DNA of 64,000 nt from Candidatus Latescibacterota bacterium (GTDB lineage Bacteria > Latescibacterota > UBA2968 > UBA8231). The translations under genes and the position numbers were made by a program. The notes beneath the pieces are model-generated. The model was not told the DNA's origin, did not search any database, and saw only the letters and a list, made by a program, of their open reading frames with translations. Shown here in pieces: positions 41,954 through 52,100 of the stretch. Within the stretch, counting starts at the first letter, position 1. Every line of letters starts with the position of its first letter. Location: positions 2,912,001 through 2,976,000 of the forward strand of contig OZ220089.1 of the NCBI GenBank assembly GCA_964291625.2, read 5' to 3'.

Positions 41954-43861
41954 CTACAGCCGCATCGCGATCTGGTCGAGGAGCAGCAGGACGCCCAGGG
42001 GCAGGAAGTCGCCGAGGATCAGCCCCAGGAAGAAGGGCCGCATCCGGGTGAAGAGGCGGGGGCCGCCGTAGTTGAGGATGATCGTCTTCAGCAGCCAGGC
42101 CACCAGCACGGTGAAGAACATCTTGTGGATCACCAGGCTGATGGGGAAGCCGATGGGGTGCAGGGGCCACCAGACGAGCTGCTGGCGCAGGAGCATGAGC
42201 CCGCCCATGATGCTGCCGCCGATGGCCATGTAGCCCCAGTACTCCCACTTCGGCCCCACGGAGGAGCGCACCCGCGCCAGGGCGTCCTGCCACGGATACT
42301 GCGTCTGCTCGAGGAAGTAGTGGGAGGTGTTCAGCCCGCCGTGCTCGTAGGCGATGCTCAGCATCACCCAGGCGGAACCGCCCATCGAGACGACCAGGGC
42401 CACCACCATGCTGGGGAAGATCAGCCGCCGTCCCTTCTTCACGTGCTCCTCGACGATCTTGAGCCCGTTGGAGCAGGAGACCATGACGAAGGTGATGATG
42501 TCGCTGGCCCACATGTAGGTGAGGGAGAGGGCGGCGATGCCGGTCAGCCCCAGGGCCCGGGTGCCGATCCCCCCGATGACCACGTCGGAGGCCACCATGG
42601 GGGTCACCAGGTAGGGCAGTCCTCCCTCGGAGATGATGCGGGTGATGCCGAGGAAGAGGACGAAGGCGAGGAAGAGGAAGACCACCGTGATCCACGCCGG
42701 CATCCCCGCCTGCCACAGCCAGAAGCACATGAAGCCCAGGCAGCCCAGCAGGAGCAGCACCGCCCCCCGGTAGGACAGGATCTCGTCGCCGTCGTCCATC
42801 CGCGGGCCCCGGCCGAAGGCATGGGCGAAGACCCTGCGGATGTGGCGGCGGCCGTTCCACAGGGCGAAGAGGGCGAGGACGAGGAAGGCTCCGAAGCCCT
42901 GGTGGGAGGCGATCGTGCCGCCCTGGGACCAGGGGCTGAAGAGGGGATCGATGCGCTCCACCCCGAGGGAGATCATCGCCGCTTCCTGGGCGAAGTTGAT
43001 GATGGCGAAGACCCAGAAGCCGAGGGAGACCTCGCGCCGCACCAGGTAGGTGAAGCCGATCATCATGAAGTTGATGCCGATGCGCAGGCGCAGCTGGTCC
43101 TCGAAGAAGTGGAGGTAGTAGCCGCCCACGGGGATGATCGGCAGGAACCAGAAGTGGCGGTTGACGCCGTTGTAGCACTGGATGAAGAAGGGGATGGCGA
43201 AGCCGAGCCAGAACAGCCAGCTCTTGAAGAGGGGCTTGATCAGCCCCGGGCGGTCTCCGTCGTCGATCATGGAGATCGGCAGCTGGGTCATGGGGAAGAT
43301 CAGGCGCTCGTGGTGGACCCACTGCCTCCGCAGGATGATCATGATGGCGATCATTCCCAGGTGCACGGAGAGGGCGAGGGGCAGCCAGTGGAGCAGGGGC
43401 GGCAGCCACAGTCCCCAGGGCACGCCCCCCCCGGGGGCGCCCTCGTAGAAGTCCTTGATCTCGCCGAACTCCTTGGTGGGGATCGCCCATTCGGGGATCA
43501 GGGGCAGCACCTCGTAGCCCCAGTTGTTCTCCGGACTGGCGTAGTAGACGGCGGAGGTCAGGATCGGCAGCAGGTAGGAGACGATGCCGCAGGTAGCCAC
43601 CGCCGAGCCGATGATCCACATGACGTACATCTGCGCCAGCTCGGCGGGTGACAGCATCCACCGCCGGCGCAGGATACCGGTGAGCGGGTTGAAGACGAGG
43701 ATGACGGTGAAGAGGATGATCAGCGCGCCGGGCGTGTAGTACCAGCCGGTGAATCCCGACCGCTTGAGCATCATGTCGGTGTACTGGGAGCCCGCGCCCA
43801 CCAGCAGGCAACCGAGGGCGCCGAGGAACAGGGCCCTGTACGTCGGCCGCAGGGAGCTCAC
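41954..43861 (-). CDS. DUF6785/DUF6784-like polytopic membrane protein, copy 2
   Basis: ELAQMYVM, YYASPENNW, LRRQWVHHERLIFP, WWPLHPIGF, RPFFLGLILG; start overlaps upstream GT-C stop (GTGA). Confidence 0.7.
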   Translation of the reverse strand: MSSLRPTYRALFLGALGCLLVGAGSQYTDMMLKRSGFTGWYYTPGALIILFTVILVFNPLTGILRRRWMLSPAELAQMYVMWIIGSAVATCGIVSYLLPILTSAVYYASPENNWGYEVLPLIPEWAIPTKEFGEIKDFYEGAPGGGVPWGLWLPPLLHWLPLALSVHLGMIAIMIILRRQWVHHERLIFPMTQLPISMIDDGDRPGLIKPLFKSWLFWLGFAIPFFIQCYNGVNRHFWFLPIIPVGGYYLHFFEDQLRLRIGINFMMIGFTYLVRREVSLGFWVFAIINFAQEAAMISLGVERIDPLFSPWSQGGTIASHQGFGAFLVLALFALWNGRRHIRRVFAHAFGRGPRMDDGDEILSYRGAVLLLLGCLGFMCFWLWQAGMPAWITVVFLFLAFVLFLGITRIISEGGLPYLVTPMVASDVVIGGIGTRALGLTGIAALSLTYMWASDIITFVMVSCSNGLKIVEEHVKKGRRLIFPSMVVALVVSMGGSAWVMLSIAYEHGGLNTSHYFLEQTQYPWQDALARVRSSVGPKWEYWGYMAIGGSIMGGLMLLRQQLVWWPLHPIGFPISLVIHKMFFTVLVAWLLKTIILNYGGPRLFTRMRPFFLGLILGDFLPLGVLLLLDQIAMRL

Positions 43862-45783
43862 GGGCGCCCCCCCGTGGCCGGCGGCGGTTCAGCGGCCACA
43901 CCCAGAAGCCGGTGGAGCTCCTCAACCTCGCGGCGGGCGGCGGGGTCCTCCCCGGCCTGACGCCGCAGCGCCTCTACGTGCGGCAGGGCCGCCTCGGGGT
44001 TTCCGCGCCTGATCTCCAGCCGCGCCAGCTGCCGGTGCAGGGGCAGCGCCGTCGGATCCAGCTCCAGGGCGCGTCGGTAGGCGCGGGCGGCCCCCTCCAG
44101 ATCGCCGACCTCGCGGCGGGACCAGGCCAGCCGCGCGTGGAAGACGGCGCGCTCCGGCTCATCGGCCGCCAGCCGCTCCAGGTGCAGGACCGCCGCGGCA
44201 TGATCGCCCATGTCCTGGCTCATGGCGGCCAGGCGGAAGCGGACGTCGGAGCGGTCGGGGTAGTGGTGCAGCAGGCGCTCCCAGGCCTCCGCCGCCCGGC
44301 GGATGTCGCCGCGCCGGGCGAGCAGGGCGCCGGCGTCGTGGAGGGCGATCTCGTGGTCCGGCTCCCGCTTCAGAGCCTCGTCGTAATGGCGGAGCGCGTT
44401 GGCCGGCAGGCCCTGCTCGGCGTAGGCCGACGCCAGGTAGAGGTGCTCCTGGCTGCCGCCCTCCATGTCCATGGCGGGGACGCCCGCGTTGAGGGCGAGC
44501 ACCAGGACGGCCGGCATGGCGAGCCCCAGGGCCAGCCGCCGCCCTCGCAGCCGGGACAGTCGCGTCACCCCGTACCCGGCGAAGAGCAGCAGGGAGGGGA
44601 CCGCCGGGAGCCGGTAGCGGCCGGTGACGAAGAACAGTACCACGGCTACCATGTAGGCGGCGGCGAACAGCAGCAGCAGGTCGGCGGCCGGCGACCTCGC
44701 CCGCGGGTTCCGCAGGTAGAGGACCAGCCCGGTCAGCGCGAGGGGCCCCACCAGGCCGAAGGGGAAGGCCAGCCCCCGTATCCACAGCAGCCCCTGCAGC
44801 AGCCAGGACCAGCTCCGGGCGAAGTAGGGGTCCAGGTTCCGGGGGATCTCGTCGCCGCGCCAGAACTGGTGGAGCTTGCGCAGCTGCAGGAGCAGGTAGC
44901 TCCCCGGATCGGCGGCGAGGTATTCCAGGGAGCGGCCGAAGAAGTACCTCGATGAGGCTCCCTTTTCAGTGATCCCCGCCTGACGCTCCGGCATGGCCGT
45001 CAGCTCCTGCCAGTCACGGCCAGGGCGGATTCTCGTCGTGCGGTCCGAGTCGGGGTTGTTGCCGAGGTAGAAGTTGATCCCCCCGTTGTAGGAGATCGGC
45101 ACCCACTCGCCCCCGACGATGCGGTTGCGAAGGGTGACCGGCGCGATCGCCAGGGCGACGCCGAGGACCAGGGCGCCGATGGCGGGGAGGGACGCCCGCG
45201 CCCGGAGCCGCGCCCACAGGAGGGCGATGGGCACGAAGAGAAGCACGCTGGGCACGTTCAGGGCGGCCAGGCCCAGGAGCAGACCTGCGGCCAGCCAGCG
45301 GCCGGGGGACCGGCCCCCGGCAGCCCACAGCAGGGCGGTCAGCGCCAGGGCGTTGAGGAAGACCGCCAGGGCGGCGGGCAGCAGCTCGCCCTCGAAGTAG
45401 AGGAAGGGGCCGTAGACGGCGGCGGCGCCGGCGGCGATCCAGCCCGCGGCGGGAGAGAAGGCGCGGCGGCCCAGGTGGAGGATCAGGAGGCAGACCGCCG
45501 TCCCGGAGATCGCCTGAAGGAGCCGGGGCAGGTGGTAGCCCTCGCCGAAGAGGGCGAAGGCCCCGGCGAGGAAGAAGGGGTACAGGGGCGGCTGCCAGAA
45601 CGGCTGAGGCGGACCGAGCCACTGGCCCTCGGCCAGGTGCAGAGCCGTGCGCACGTAGGTGCGGGCGTCGACGATGGGGTGGTAGAAAAGGGGGCTGTCA
45701 TCGGCCTGGAGCAGATAGACCAGCCGCACGGAGAGAGCCGCGAGGCCCAGCAGGCCCAGAGTGATCCAGTGCCGGCGTTTCAT
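43858..45783 (-). CDS. GT-C fold (ArnT/PMT-like) glycosyltransferase with C-terminal TPRs
   Basis: PIVDARTY, FWQPPLYP, LLQA, NGGINFYLGNNP, FFVTGRYRLP; multiple TM segments then TPR-like helices. Confidence 0.8.
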   Translation of the reverse strand: MKRRHWITLGLLGLAALSVRLVYLLQADDSPLFYHPIVDARTYVRTALHLAEGQWLGPPQPFWQPPLYPFFLAGAFALFGEGYHLPRLLQAISGTAVCLLILHLGRRAFSPAAGWIAAGAAAVYGPFLYFEGELLPAALAVFLNALALTALLWAAGGRSPGRWLAAGLLLGLAALNVPSVLLFVPIALLWARLRARASLPAIGALVLGVALAIAPVTLRNRIVGGEWVPISYNGGINFYLGNNPDSDRTTRIRPGRDWQELTAMPERQAGITEKGASSRYFFGRSLEYLAADPGSYLLLQLRKLHQFWRGDEIPRNLDPYFARSWSWLLQGLLWIRGLAFPFGLVGPLALTGLVLYLRNPRARSPAADLLLLFAAAYMVAVVLFFVTGRYRLPAVPSLLLFAGYGVTRLSRLRGRRLALGLAMPAVLVLALNAGVPAMDMEGGSQEHLYLASAYAEQGLPANALRHYDEALKREPDHEIALHDAGALLARRGDIRRAAEAWERLLHHYPDRSDVRFRLAAMSQDMGDHAAAVLHLERLAADEPERAVFHARLAWSRREVGDLEGAARAYRRALELDPTALPLHRQLARLEIRRGNPEAALPHVEALRRQAGEDPAARREVEELHRLLGVAAEPPPATGGRP

Positions 45784-45795
45784 GGGCGATGTAAC

Positions 45796-45832
45796 AAAAA
45801 AACGCTGGACAGGTCGTCAGACCTGCCCAGCG
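45796..45832 (-). terminator. Intrinsic terminator 2
   Basis: Minus strand CGCTGGGCAGGTC-TGAC-GACCTGTCCAGCG-TTTTTTT (13-bp stem, one G-U pair, U7). Confidence 0.9.
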
Positions 45833-45838
45833 CGGGTC

Positions 45839-45868
45839 AAAAAGGAGACTTCTGAACTGCGAAGCCTC
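45839..45868 (-). terminator. Intrinsic terminator 1, at the stop codon
   Basis: Minus strand GAGGCTTC-GCAGTTCA-GAAGTCTC-C-TTTTT. Confidence 0.6.
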
Positions 45869-46793
45869 AGAACTGAGCCTTGATCCTGCCCCAGCTCTTC
45901 GACTCGACAGCCGTCGGGAAATTGATGGAGGGGTTGACGGGCTCCAGGAAGAAGTCGCCCTGGCCCAGCCACGTTCCCTCGCCGCCTGGCCTGGTGGACC
46001 ACGCGGGACCGCCGTGGGCGCCGTCAGGCAGGTTGCCGTCGTCGTCGGTGTTGAAGAAGGTGATGTGGATCGTCTGACCCTCGGTGAGCGAGGCGAGGGT
46101 GATCATGTCCGGAGACTTGTCCTCCGCGTCGAGTCCCCCGACCCAGTGGTCGATGGGCGCCACCCGGTGCTCGTAGTGGTAGGTGCTCTCGCCGAACTCC
46201 TCGCCTTCGAAGGTGTGTTCCAGGGTCCAGAACTCGCTGCCGCTGTCGAGCCAGTCGCACCCGACGCAGATGCCGATGACCATCCAGAATTCGCGGTCGG
46301 GCAGCTTTGGCAGGGCGTAGTTGAAGCCCCAGTAGGCGTTGATGTTCTCGCCGGCCAAGTCTCTCACTTCCTGCTCGGAGAGGTGCCGGATGGTGAAGAA
46401 GTACTCGCTGGCGTCGTCTTGGTACCAGTCCCACCCCGTGGGATCGGGGCGGTCGGTGTTATGGATGTCATCGTAGATGGAGTTGCAATAGTAGAGCTGC
46501 CCCGTGCTGGCGCTCCAGCCGACGCGGATGGTGGCATCGAAGGAGCTGGGGTCGGCGTCGCCCTTCTGGGTCCCTTCGGGCTGCCAGTCGTTGAAGGGAT
46601 AGAGATCGGCGTTGGTGATCCAGTACTGGTCGCCGGGGATGGCGTCCCAGTCGGAACAGTCACCGTCGATGGTGGGCTCGGCCCCGGCCGGGAACTGCAC
46701 CGTGTTCCTGACCTCATCCTCGGGGATGTGGGCGAAGACCGCCGTGGAAACGGCGAGAACGCCGACGACGATCATCTGCGCGCATCTGAACAT
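45867..46793 (-). CDS. Secreted CBM9/DOMON-like sugar-binding protein with C-terminal TAVESKSWGRIK tag
   Basis: Signal peptide (STAVFA); PTIDGDCSDW, RVGWS....LYY, DD, E.RV pattern; RBS AAGGAGAG before ATG 46793. Confidence 0.65.
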   Translation of the reverse strand: MFRCAQMIVVGVLAVSTAVFAHIPEDEVRNTVQFPAGAEPTIDGDCSDWDAIPGDQYWITNADLYPFNDWQPEGTQKGDADPSSFDATIRVGWSASTGQLYYCNSIYDDIHNTDRPDPTGWDWYQDDASEYFFTIRHLSEQEVRDLAGENINAYWGFNYALPKLPDREFWMVIGICVGCDWLDSGSEFWTLEHTFEGEEFGESTYHYEHRVAPIDHWVGGLDAEDKSPDMITLASLTEGQTIHITFFNTDDDGNLPDGAHGGPAWSTRPGGEGTWLGQGDFFLEPVNPSINFPTAVESKSWGRIKAQF

Positions 46794-46946
46794 GGTTCTC
46801 TCTCCTTGCAGTGGGAGAATGGGAAGGGATTCTACTGGCGCTCGGTGGCGCCGGAGGTTCGTGAGCCAGATAGAAGCCCAAGGTAACCAATCCCGGGCCA
46901 CCATACAAGAGAATAGTGGATCTCCCCGGGCCGGCCTCGGGAGGTC

Positions 46947-49115
46947 TCAATAGGCCAGAGAGAGGAGGCGGGTGGCCGTCCTGCGCCCCTCGTCACTCAT
47001 CAGCCGGACTTGGGCAAGGTATACCCCCGGCGCCGCCGGGCCGCCGGCATCGTCGCGGCCGTCCCAACGGTGGACGAAGTGGCCGCTGGCCATCGAGGCT
47101 TCCAGCCGCCGCACCAGGCGGCCGTCCAGGGTCAGGATCCGCACCTCCACGGGTCGCGCCTCGGTGAGGTCCCGCAGGTCGAAGGAGAGGATCGCCTCGT
47201 CGTTGATCCCGTCGCCGTTGGGCGTGAAGACGGCGGGCCGGATGTCGAGCCGCTGCAGCAGGCCGCCCCCGGTGGGGGTTCGCACCGAGAGGCCGTCGCC
47301 GACGAAACGGACGGTGGCGTTGCCGGGGGTGACGCTCTGCTTGAGGTCCGGCTCCCGGCTGTCGTAGACCCAGCCGCTGAACTCCGCCCCGAAGCGCAGG
47401 ACGCGGGCGCTGAACTCCACCTCGATCCGCTTCTCGCTGTCGCGCCCCGGATCCTCCAGCCGGTCGAAGGAGAGGAGGATGCGGTCTTCCAGGACCTCGG
47501 GCGGAAACCGCTCCATGACCTCCTCGCCGCCCACGCGCACCGAGGTCACCGCCAAGGCGGGCCCGCCCGTGAGAATCTCCAGGCGGTCGAAGCCGCGGTT
47601 GCCGTCGCGGAGGATCGGCTTGACCACGTAGGTGAAGGTGTGGGGCTCGAAGTCCTCCACCTCGATGGGCCAGATCTCGCCGATGACCTGGGAGGCCGCC
47701 GGCGACTCGGAGAACAGCAGGGACAGGTCGTGGAGTACGGGTGTCCGGTCCCTGGCGGCCGTCAGCACGATCTCGAACTGGAGATAGCGGGTCGGTCCGG
47801 GGGAAATCAGCGGGGTGCCGTGCGACCAAGAAGCGGCGGGGTCCTCACCGCGCTCGCCCGCGGCCAGGTCGTAGGTGGCGGACCAGAAGCTCCAGTTCTC
47901 CAGGTCGATGACGCGCTTGACCTCTCCCGAGGTGATGTCCTGCTGAAAGCTGAGCCAGTCGATGGGCTGGTACCGCCCGCTGACGCCGCGCCGCAGGAAG
48001 ATGTCGGGGCTCGGGGTGTTCCCGGTGCGGGTACGCAATTCGATGGAAGTGCCGGGGGGGCGTTCCGACCTCCAGCGGATCTTGCTCCAAGAGACCGGCT
48101 GGCCGAAGTCCAGGATCTGCGAGCGGTAGACGGAGCGGCGCACGTATCCCTCGCCGTAGATCTCGATCTCCGCCAGCTCCCAGGTCCGTTCCGGGATGTA
48201 GGGGCGCACCGAGACGAAGCGCTCGTGGCGCACGGGGAACCGGAGATCGATCACCGGATCCAGGTTCTCCCGGGTCTGGATCAGGGCGTCGAAGTTGGGG
48301 TCGGTCCCGGCCGAATCGACGTATCCGGTGGTCTCGGAATACCGCTTGAACTGCCCCTGGCCTGGGCGCTGCCCGCCGCCCGTGCTGCCGGGAAACTCCT
48401 TGATCGGAGCGTCGTTGTCGGTCACCGCGATCTCGTACCACTCGAGGTAGTTGTCGGCGAAGCTGGTCTCCCCGAACAGCTCCGGGTCGGGCTTCGGCTC
48501 CGCCATGGCGGCGATGGCCGCGGCGTCGTCGACGCGGCCCAGCCGCGGGTAGACGCGGATCCGGTTGATCGGCGTCTGCTTGCCCAGGTTGATGATCACC
48601 GCCGAGGCCTGGGCCCCCAGGTACACCCCGCCGCGGACCAGGGGCTCCGCCAGGAGGGGGTTGTCCTCGAGCAGCATCAGGCGCGCGGTGGTGGGGTCCT
48701 CGTCGAGGGCCAGCAGCAGATCCCCGGTGGGGTAGCGCTGGGTGTTGTGCCCTTGGTAGATGCTGCCCCCCCGCCCGAAGAGGACGCTGTCCCGGGCGAG
48801 GTTCACCATGGGATCGATCCATTCCGCCCGGAGCATGCCGCCCTCCATGTCGGGCCAGTCGGGCCCCCGGTAGTTGTACTCGAGGAGGAAGGTCCCCCCC
48901 CCCTCTTCCTCGATGGACCTCACCGGGTGCTCCCGGAGCACGTTGCCGGCGGAGTCCACGGCCACGTAGGCTCCTGCGGGGCCATCCTCCTCGGGGACGG
49001 CGAAGAGTTGCCAGTCGTTCGCTCCGGATCCCAGGTGGAATTCGGCACGCGCCCAGAGGGTGCCGGCCAAGGAGAGCAGCAGGGCGGCGGCGGTGAATCC
49101 GATGCGGTTGATCAT
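46947..49115 (-). CDS. Secreted protein, discoidin-like domain plus C-terminal FlgD-Ig-like domain (family B copy 3)
   Basis: Signal peptide; INLG....NRIRVYPR, YGEGY, LRTRTG, ENWSFWS, FTPNGDGIND, WDGRD..G..APGVY, ends LSLAY. Confidence 0.75.
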   Translation of the reverse strand: MINRIGFTAAALLLSLAGTLWARAEFHLGSGANDWQLFAVPEEDGPAGAYVAVDSAGNVLREHPVRSIEEEGGGTFLLEYNYRGPDWPDMEGGMLRAEWIDPMVNLARDSVLFGRGGSIYQGHNTQRYPTGDLLLALDEDPTTARLMLLEDNPLLAEPLVRGGVYLGAQASAVIINLGKQTPINRIRVYPRLGRVDDAAAIAAMAEPKPDPELFGETSFADNYLEWYEIAVTDNDAPIKEFPGSTGGGQRPGQGQFKRYSETTGYVDSAGTDPNFDALIQTRENLDPVIDLRFPVRHERFVSVRPYIPERTWELAEIEIYGEGYVRRSVYRSQILDFGQPVSWSKIRWRSERPPGTSIELRTRTGNTPSPDIFLRRGVSGRYQPIDWLSFQQDITSGEVKRVIDLENWSFWSATYDLAAGERGEDPAASWSHGTPLISPGPTRYLQFEIVLTAARDRTPVLHDLSLLFSESPAASQVIGEIWPIEVEDFEPHTFTYVVKPILRDGNRGFDRLEILTGGPALAVTSVRVGGEEVMERFPPEVLEDRILLSFDRLEDPGRDSEKRIEVEFSARVLRFGAEFSGWVYDSREPDLKQSVTPGNATVRFVGDGLSVRTPTGGGLLQRLDIRPAVFTPNGDGINDEAILSFDLRDLTEARPVEVRILTLDGRLVRRLEASMASGHFVHRWDGRDDAGGPAAPGVYLAQVRLMSDEGRRTATRLLSLAY

Positions 49116-49131
49116 GGTTTCAGGCCCCTCG

Positions 49132-52100
49132 TCAATAGGCCAGGGCGATCACCCGGGACCGCTTCCGCCTCCCGGCCTCCGAGTCCGCCAGGGCGCCCAC
49201 CTGGCAGAGATAGAGACCGGGGGGCGCCAGGGCGCCGCCGTCCTCGCGGCCGTCCCAGACGACGGTCTGCGGCCCTCCCAGCAGGTCGAACTCGAGGCCG
49301 CGGACGAGCCGGCCGCCCAAGGAGTAGATGCGCACCTGCACCGGGCGGGCGGCGGCCACCGAAAGCAGGGAGAATCGGATCCGGGCCTCGTCGTTGATGC
49401 CGTCGCCGTTGGGCGTGAATGGGTTGGGCGCGATGGCGAGATCGTCGACGATGCGGCCGATCTCGTCGGCGCGGATGGCCAGGGAGGTGGCCGGCCGCAG
49501 GCCGGTGACGTCCTCCCCGGCGGCCCCCTGCCAGGAGGTGTCCAGGCCGCTGTTGCGGACCGCCAGCTCCAGCAGGGTGCTGGGCAGGTAGACGGCGGAG
49601 GCGAAGCGCACCCGCAACAGCCTCCCGGGACCGATCACCCGTCCGCGCTCGGCGGACCTCAGACGGGCGTACTGGCGGTCGCTCAGCGAGTCTCCGAGCG
49701 CGGAGTACACCGTCTGCTCCCCGAGGGTTGTGACGATCCTGTAAAAGCGTACCGGCCCCTTCTCCTCCTCGGGCAGCTCCTCCCAAGCTGCGGCGTCCAC
49801 CTCTTCCAGCTCCTCGCCATCGAGCCGGAAGTAGCGGATCGCTCCCTGCTCCTCCTCGGGCAGGTCGTTGTAGCCGTTCTGGGTGAGCAGGCGCCCGTCG
49901 AGACCGGCGGGGACCTCGTCGCCGGGCGCGAGGCGGCGGTAGAAGGTCCGGGGAAGCAGCTCCTCGGGGGCGCTCCGGACCGGCTCGGGCAGCCGCAGCC
50001 AGAGGGAGTCCCGGTGGCCGAGGACCCGCATGACCCGGCCCTCGGCGTCCTGGAGCCCGTCGACGTGAGGTTGCTCGAAGAGCATGGCGGGCTCGTCCCG
50101 GGTCAGCTCGTCCTCGGTGCCGGCCGCCAGGTCGATCAGGCGCATGTCGAGGGGCGGGTCGGCCCGCAGCAGAAGCTCGTCGAAGCCGGGGCTCTGGCTG
50201 CCGGACGACCCCTCGAGGAAGCCGGGCTGCAGAAAGACCTCGAAGGTGTCGAGCTGGCCGGCGGCGGACACATCGGGCCAGACCTCGGCTCCCAGTCGCT
50301 GGGCCACGGGCGTCTTCAGATCGACGCTGATGCGCCGTATGGCGGGCACCGACACGCGGTCGTGATTGACCAGGCGCGCCTGGATCCGCATGAACCGGCG
50401 CAGCCCGGGGGAGGTGGCCGGATCGCCCGGGCGTTCGTACTTGCGGCTCCACGGACTCCACCCGGGACCGGCCACGTAGGAGGTGTCGACCGGGCCTTTC
50501 CGGGTGAAGGAGAGGCGCTTGTACTGGGAGGCCGTCTTCTCGTTGCCGTCGGTGTCGAAGTAGCGGATGCGCTCCAGCAGCTGGTCGCCGGTGCGGGTGC
50601 GGATCTGCACCTCGGCCCCGGGGGGTTCGTCGGCCTCCCATCGGACCGCGCCGAGGGTGACCTCTCCCGGCAGCTCGATGAGGTCCGACTCGAGGACCGC
50701 CTCCGCAGCAGGACCTTCGGCGAAGAGCCACATCAGCCGGATTCGGGGCCAGTAGCGGGAGGTCAACTCGCTGGCGTCGTCGGGAAGGGCGAAGGCGATC
50801 ATCTCGAGGAAGCGCACGCGGCGGGAGGGTTCCAGGGGATCCGCCAGGAGGCGGTAGTGGCCGTTGTGCAGGTTGGTCTCCCGCTCGACGGAGGAGAACT
50901 GGTCCCACTGCAGGTTGCCCTGGGCGTCGCGGGCTCCGATGGAGCTGCGCAGGCGGTAGCCCCGGGGCGGGTTGAAGCCGACGGTCCGGACCTCCTTCAG
51001 CCACACCGTGCCGCCCATGTCGACGGTGATCGTGTTCCGGCCCGGCTCGGAAACGATGTAGGTGCTCACCTGGTTGTGGCTTCCGTAGATCCCGTCGAAC
51101 ATGAAACCCGGTTGGCCGGAGGTGGAGGTCTCCTCCACGCTGCCGCCCCCGGAGAGGAACTCGATTCCGAGGTCGTCGCCCCGGCCCCAGGCCTCGACCT
51201 CGGCCAGCCGCGGCAGCTCGCGGCGGTAGTGGACCCGTCCGCCGCGCCGGTCCTCGGGCAGGGAGAGCCAGGTCTCCTCGGAGACCGGCTCCTCGAAGTC
51301 GCCGTCCCTCAGGAAGTGGACGACATCGCCGCGCTCCGCCGCCGGCAGGGCCTGCCAATCCTCCTCCCCGACCTCCTCGGCGCGGCCGCCCCGGGTGTCG
51401 GTGACCACGATGCGGATCAGCTCCACCAGCTTGCCGTCCCATTCCGGGCTGGGCTCGCCGACCCCCAGGTAGGTGCTGGATCCCTTGTAGCTGTCGCTGA
51501 TGGGCAGACGCCGGTCGGGGTCGGTCAAGGCGTCGGCGGGCAGGTACTCGCTGACTCGTTCCGCGTCGAATACGAATGTGCGCCGGTCGGTGTTCACGCC
51601 GTCGAAGGGGATGAAGACATCCGTGTTGCGCGGCACGTCGTCCACGTAGGAGCCCTGCGCCGGACCGACGAGGATGAGGAATCGGTAGAAGGGATCCCCC
51701 CACTCCTCCTCGACGAAGGACAGGCGGAGCCTCTCGAGGGGCACCGGCCGGCCCAGGCCCACTTCGACCCACCAGTCCTCGGGCGGGTCGTCGAGGTCGG
51801 GCTCCCAGAACGTCGTCGGATCGCCGTCGACGAGGTGGTGCATCAGGTGCGGGTTGGACCCGGCGCGGCTCCCCCCGGGGCGGACCACATGGTCGTAGAC
51901 GAGGTTGTCGCCGAGGTCCCTGACCGGATCGCCCCGGAAGTCCCGCCGGACGGTACTGTCCACGTTGGCGATGCGTGGAGCATCGCGGGTGAGGACCACC
52001 GGGCGGCCGAAGGACCGGTCGGACAGCAACTCGTAGACGGTGCGGAACTCCCGGGAGCGCACCGTGCCGTCCCGCTCCAGGCGGACCAGGTGGGTGGGCA

